From: Euprymna scolopes
Taxonomy: Eukaryota
Assembly (NCBI GenBank): GCA_053919585.1
Contig: CM132787.1
Length of the DNA: 64,000 bases
Direction: 5' to 3' (one strand)
Shown: positions 63,018 to 64,000 of the stretch, in pieces
Layout: every line of letters begins with the position of its first letter
Numbering within the stretch: the stretch's first letter is position 1
Notes under the pieces: generated by a model
Told to the model about the DNA's origin: nothing
Database searches by the model: none
Seen by the model: the letters and a program-made list of their open reading frames with translations, nothing else
Made by a program: the position numbers and the translations under genes

Positions 63018-63060
63018 TAAAATTCTGAAGATGGCGTTTATCGCCGAAATATAAATTTTA
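63018..63060 (+). ncRNA. Minimal type I hammerhead ribozyme motif (Penelope-like)
   Basis: taaaatt CUGAAGA u ggcg-uuuau-cgcc GAAA ua UA aatttta: perfect 7-bp stem I, 4-bp stem II and a palindromic AUAU stem III. Confidence 0.7.
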
Positions 63061-63124
63061 AGTAACTAAATGTTTGTTTATTTTTCATAATATTGCGTTA
63101 TAAATTAATTTATACACGTTTTTC

Positions 63125-63195
<71 letters not shown>

Positions 63196-63419
63196 GCGTG
63201 TGTAAGATGATAGCGTCATCTACTCGATAGTCGTGGATTAGTCGATTAACTCGTTTGAAGGACTTACTTGTCTACCGGCACTGAATACCTATGCCTGCCT
63301 TCGTATGACTAATATGTAACCCCTCTTCTTTAGGTTATTTGTTGTAAGTGGAATCACCAGTTTCTACGACATTTTAAGGTATTGCTCGTGTGCCAAAACA
63401 ATTTGAGCACTCAGTCAAT

Positions 63420-64000
63420 AGACAATGTTTTAAATAAGATTTCCCTTACGTTCAGCAGATGTCGTTCTAACTTCTCCTGGAAAGTCCCATGGAAGTCTAC
63501 TTGTGTGAGCGTGTCAATAACCCAGCGTCTTCCATGTCCCCAATTGTCTCAAAACGACAGCCACGAAAGTTTTCCTTGAGCTTAGGGAATAATCAAAATT
63601 TACAAGGAGCAAGGTCTGGACTATAGGGAGAGCGAGGAACTGTCTTAATTACCACCTTGGTTATGACAACTACTTTCTTTCTGGTCTTTTCTGTACATTC
63701 TTGGGACAGACTTCGTGCAAATCTTTCGCATCTTCAGTATTCACGAATAATTGTGTAAAGTTCCCACACTGACATCAAACTGTGCACTTATTGTCTCTAT
63801 AATCATGTAACGCTCATTATCCATGAAATTATTTATTTAGCCAATCAACTCTGATGTTTTGACTTCATTATTCTTTCCAAGCCTCTCATCATCCCTCACA
63901 GATTCTCTGCCTTCCTTGAATCTCTTATGCCACTCAAAAACTAATACTGGATCCATGCAAGTTGGACCAAAAGCATTATGAAGCATTCCATACATTTTTG
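63420..64000 (-). mobile_element. mariner fragment of the same family as 39270-40158, cut by the window edge
   Basis: The reverse complement matches KRFKEGRESVRDDER and the PYSPDLAP...LFPKLK region of the 39270 element. Confidence 0.85.

Noticed and set aside
63722-63738. Minus-strand ctgaagatgcgaaa
   Set aside because: Lies in mariner coding remnant (LKMRKI) and has no room for stem II.
1-64000. CRISPR arrays, prokaryotic operons or tRNA genes
   Set aside because: No repeat-spacer periodicity, operon-like gene density or cloverleaf was seen. The sequence is eukaryotic repeat-rich DNA.

Overview
AT-rich metazoan genomic DNA with four assembly gaps. It looks intergenic or intronic, and I found no supportable host protein-coding exon. 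The repeat repertoire resembles an invertebrate, possibly a mollusc, but that is inference. The window is a mosaic of transposable elements. (1) Two families of apparently single-ORF APE+RT LINEs of the CR1/Jockey superclade: family A at 1-3170, 57180-60439 and fragments; family B with an intact 971-aa ORF at 33067-35982 plus several 3' fragments. (2) Four pieces of an R4/Dong-type RLE LINE, three of them associated with (TAA)n microsatellites. (3) A near-intact Tc1 (DD34E) element and several mariner elements or MITEs. (4) Helitron-like termini. (5) Three degenerate 5S rRNA-derived sequences. (6) A TSD-flanked, bipartite, non-autonomous RTE retroposon. The most interesting signals not explained by ORFs are at the RNA level. 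There are Penelope-type hammerhead ribozyme motifs, and one (50006-50097) is preceded by a 44-nt antisense copy of its own cleavage-site region. The ORF1-less LINE families also have long structured 5' leaders that share a conserved hairpin. All alignments and base pairings were made by eye, with no database searches.
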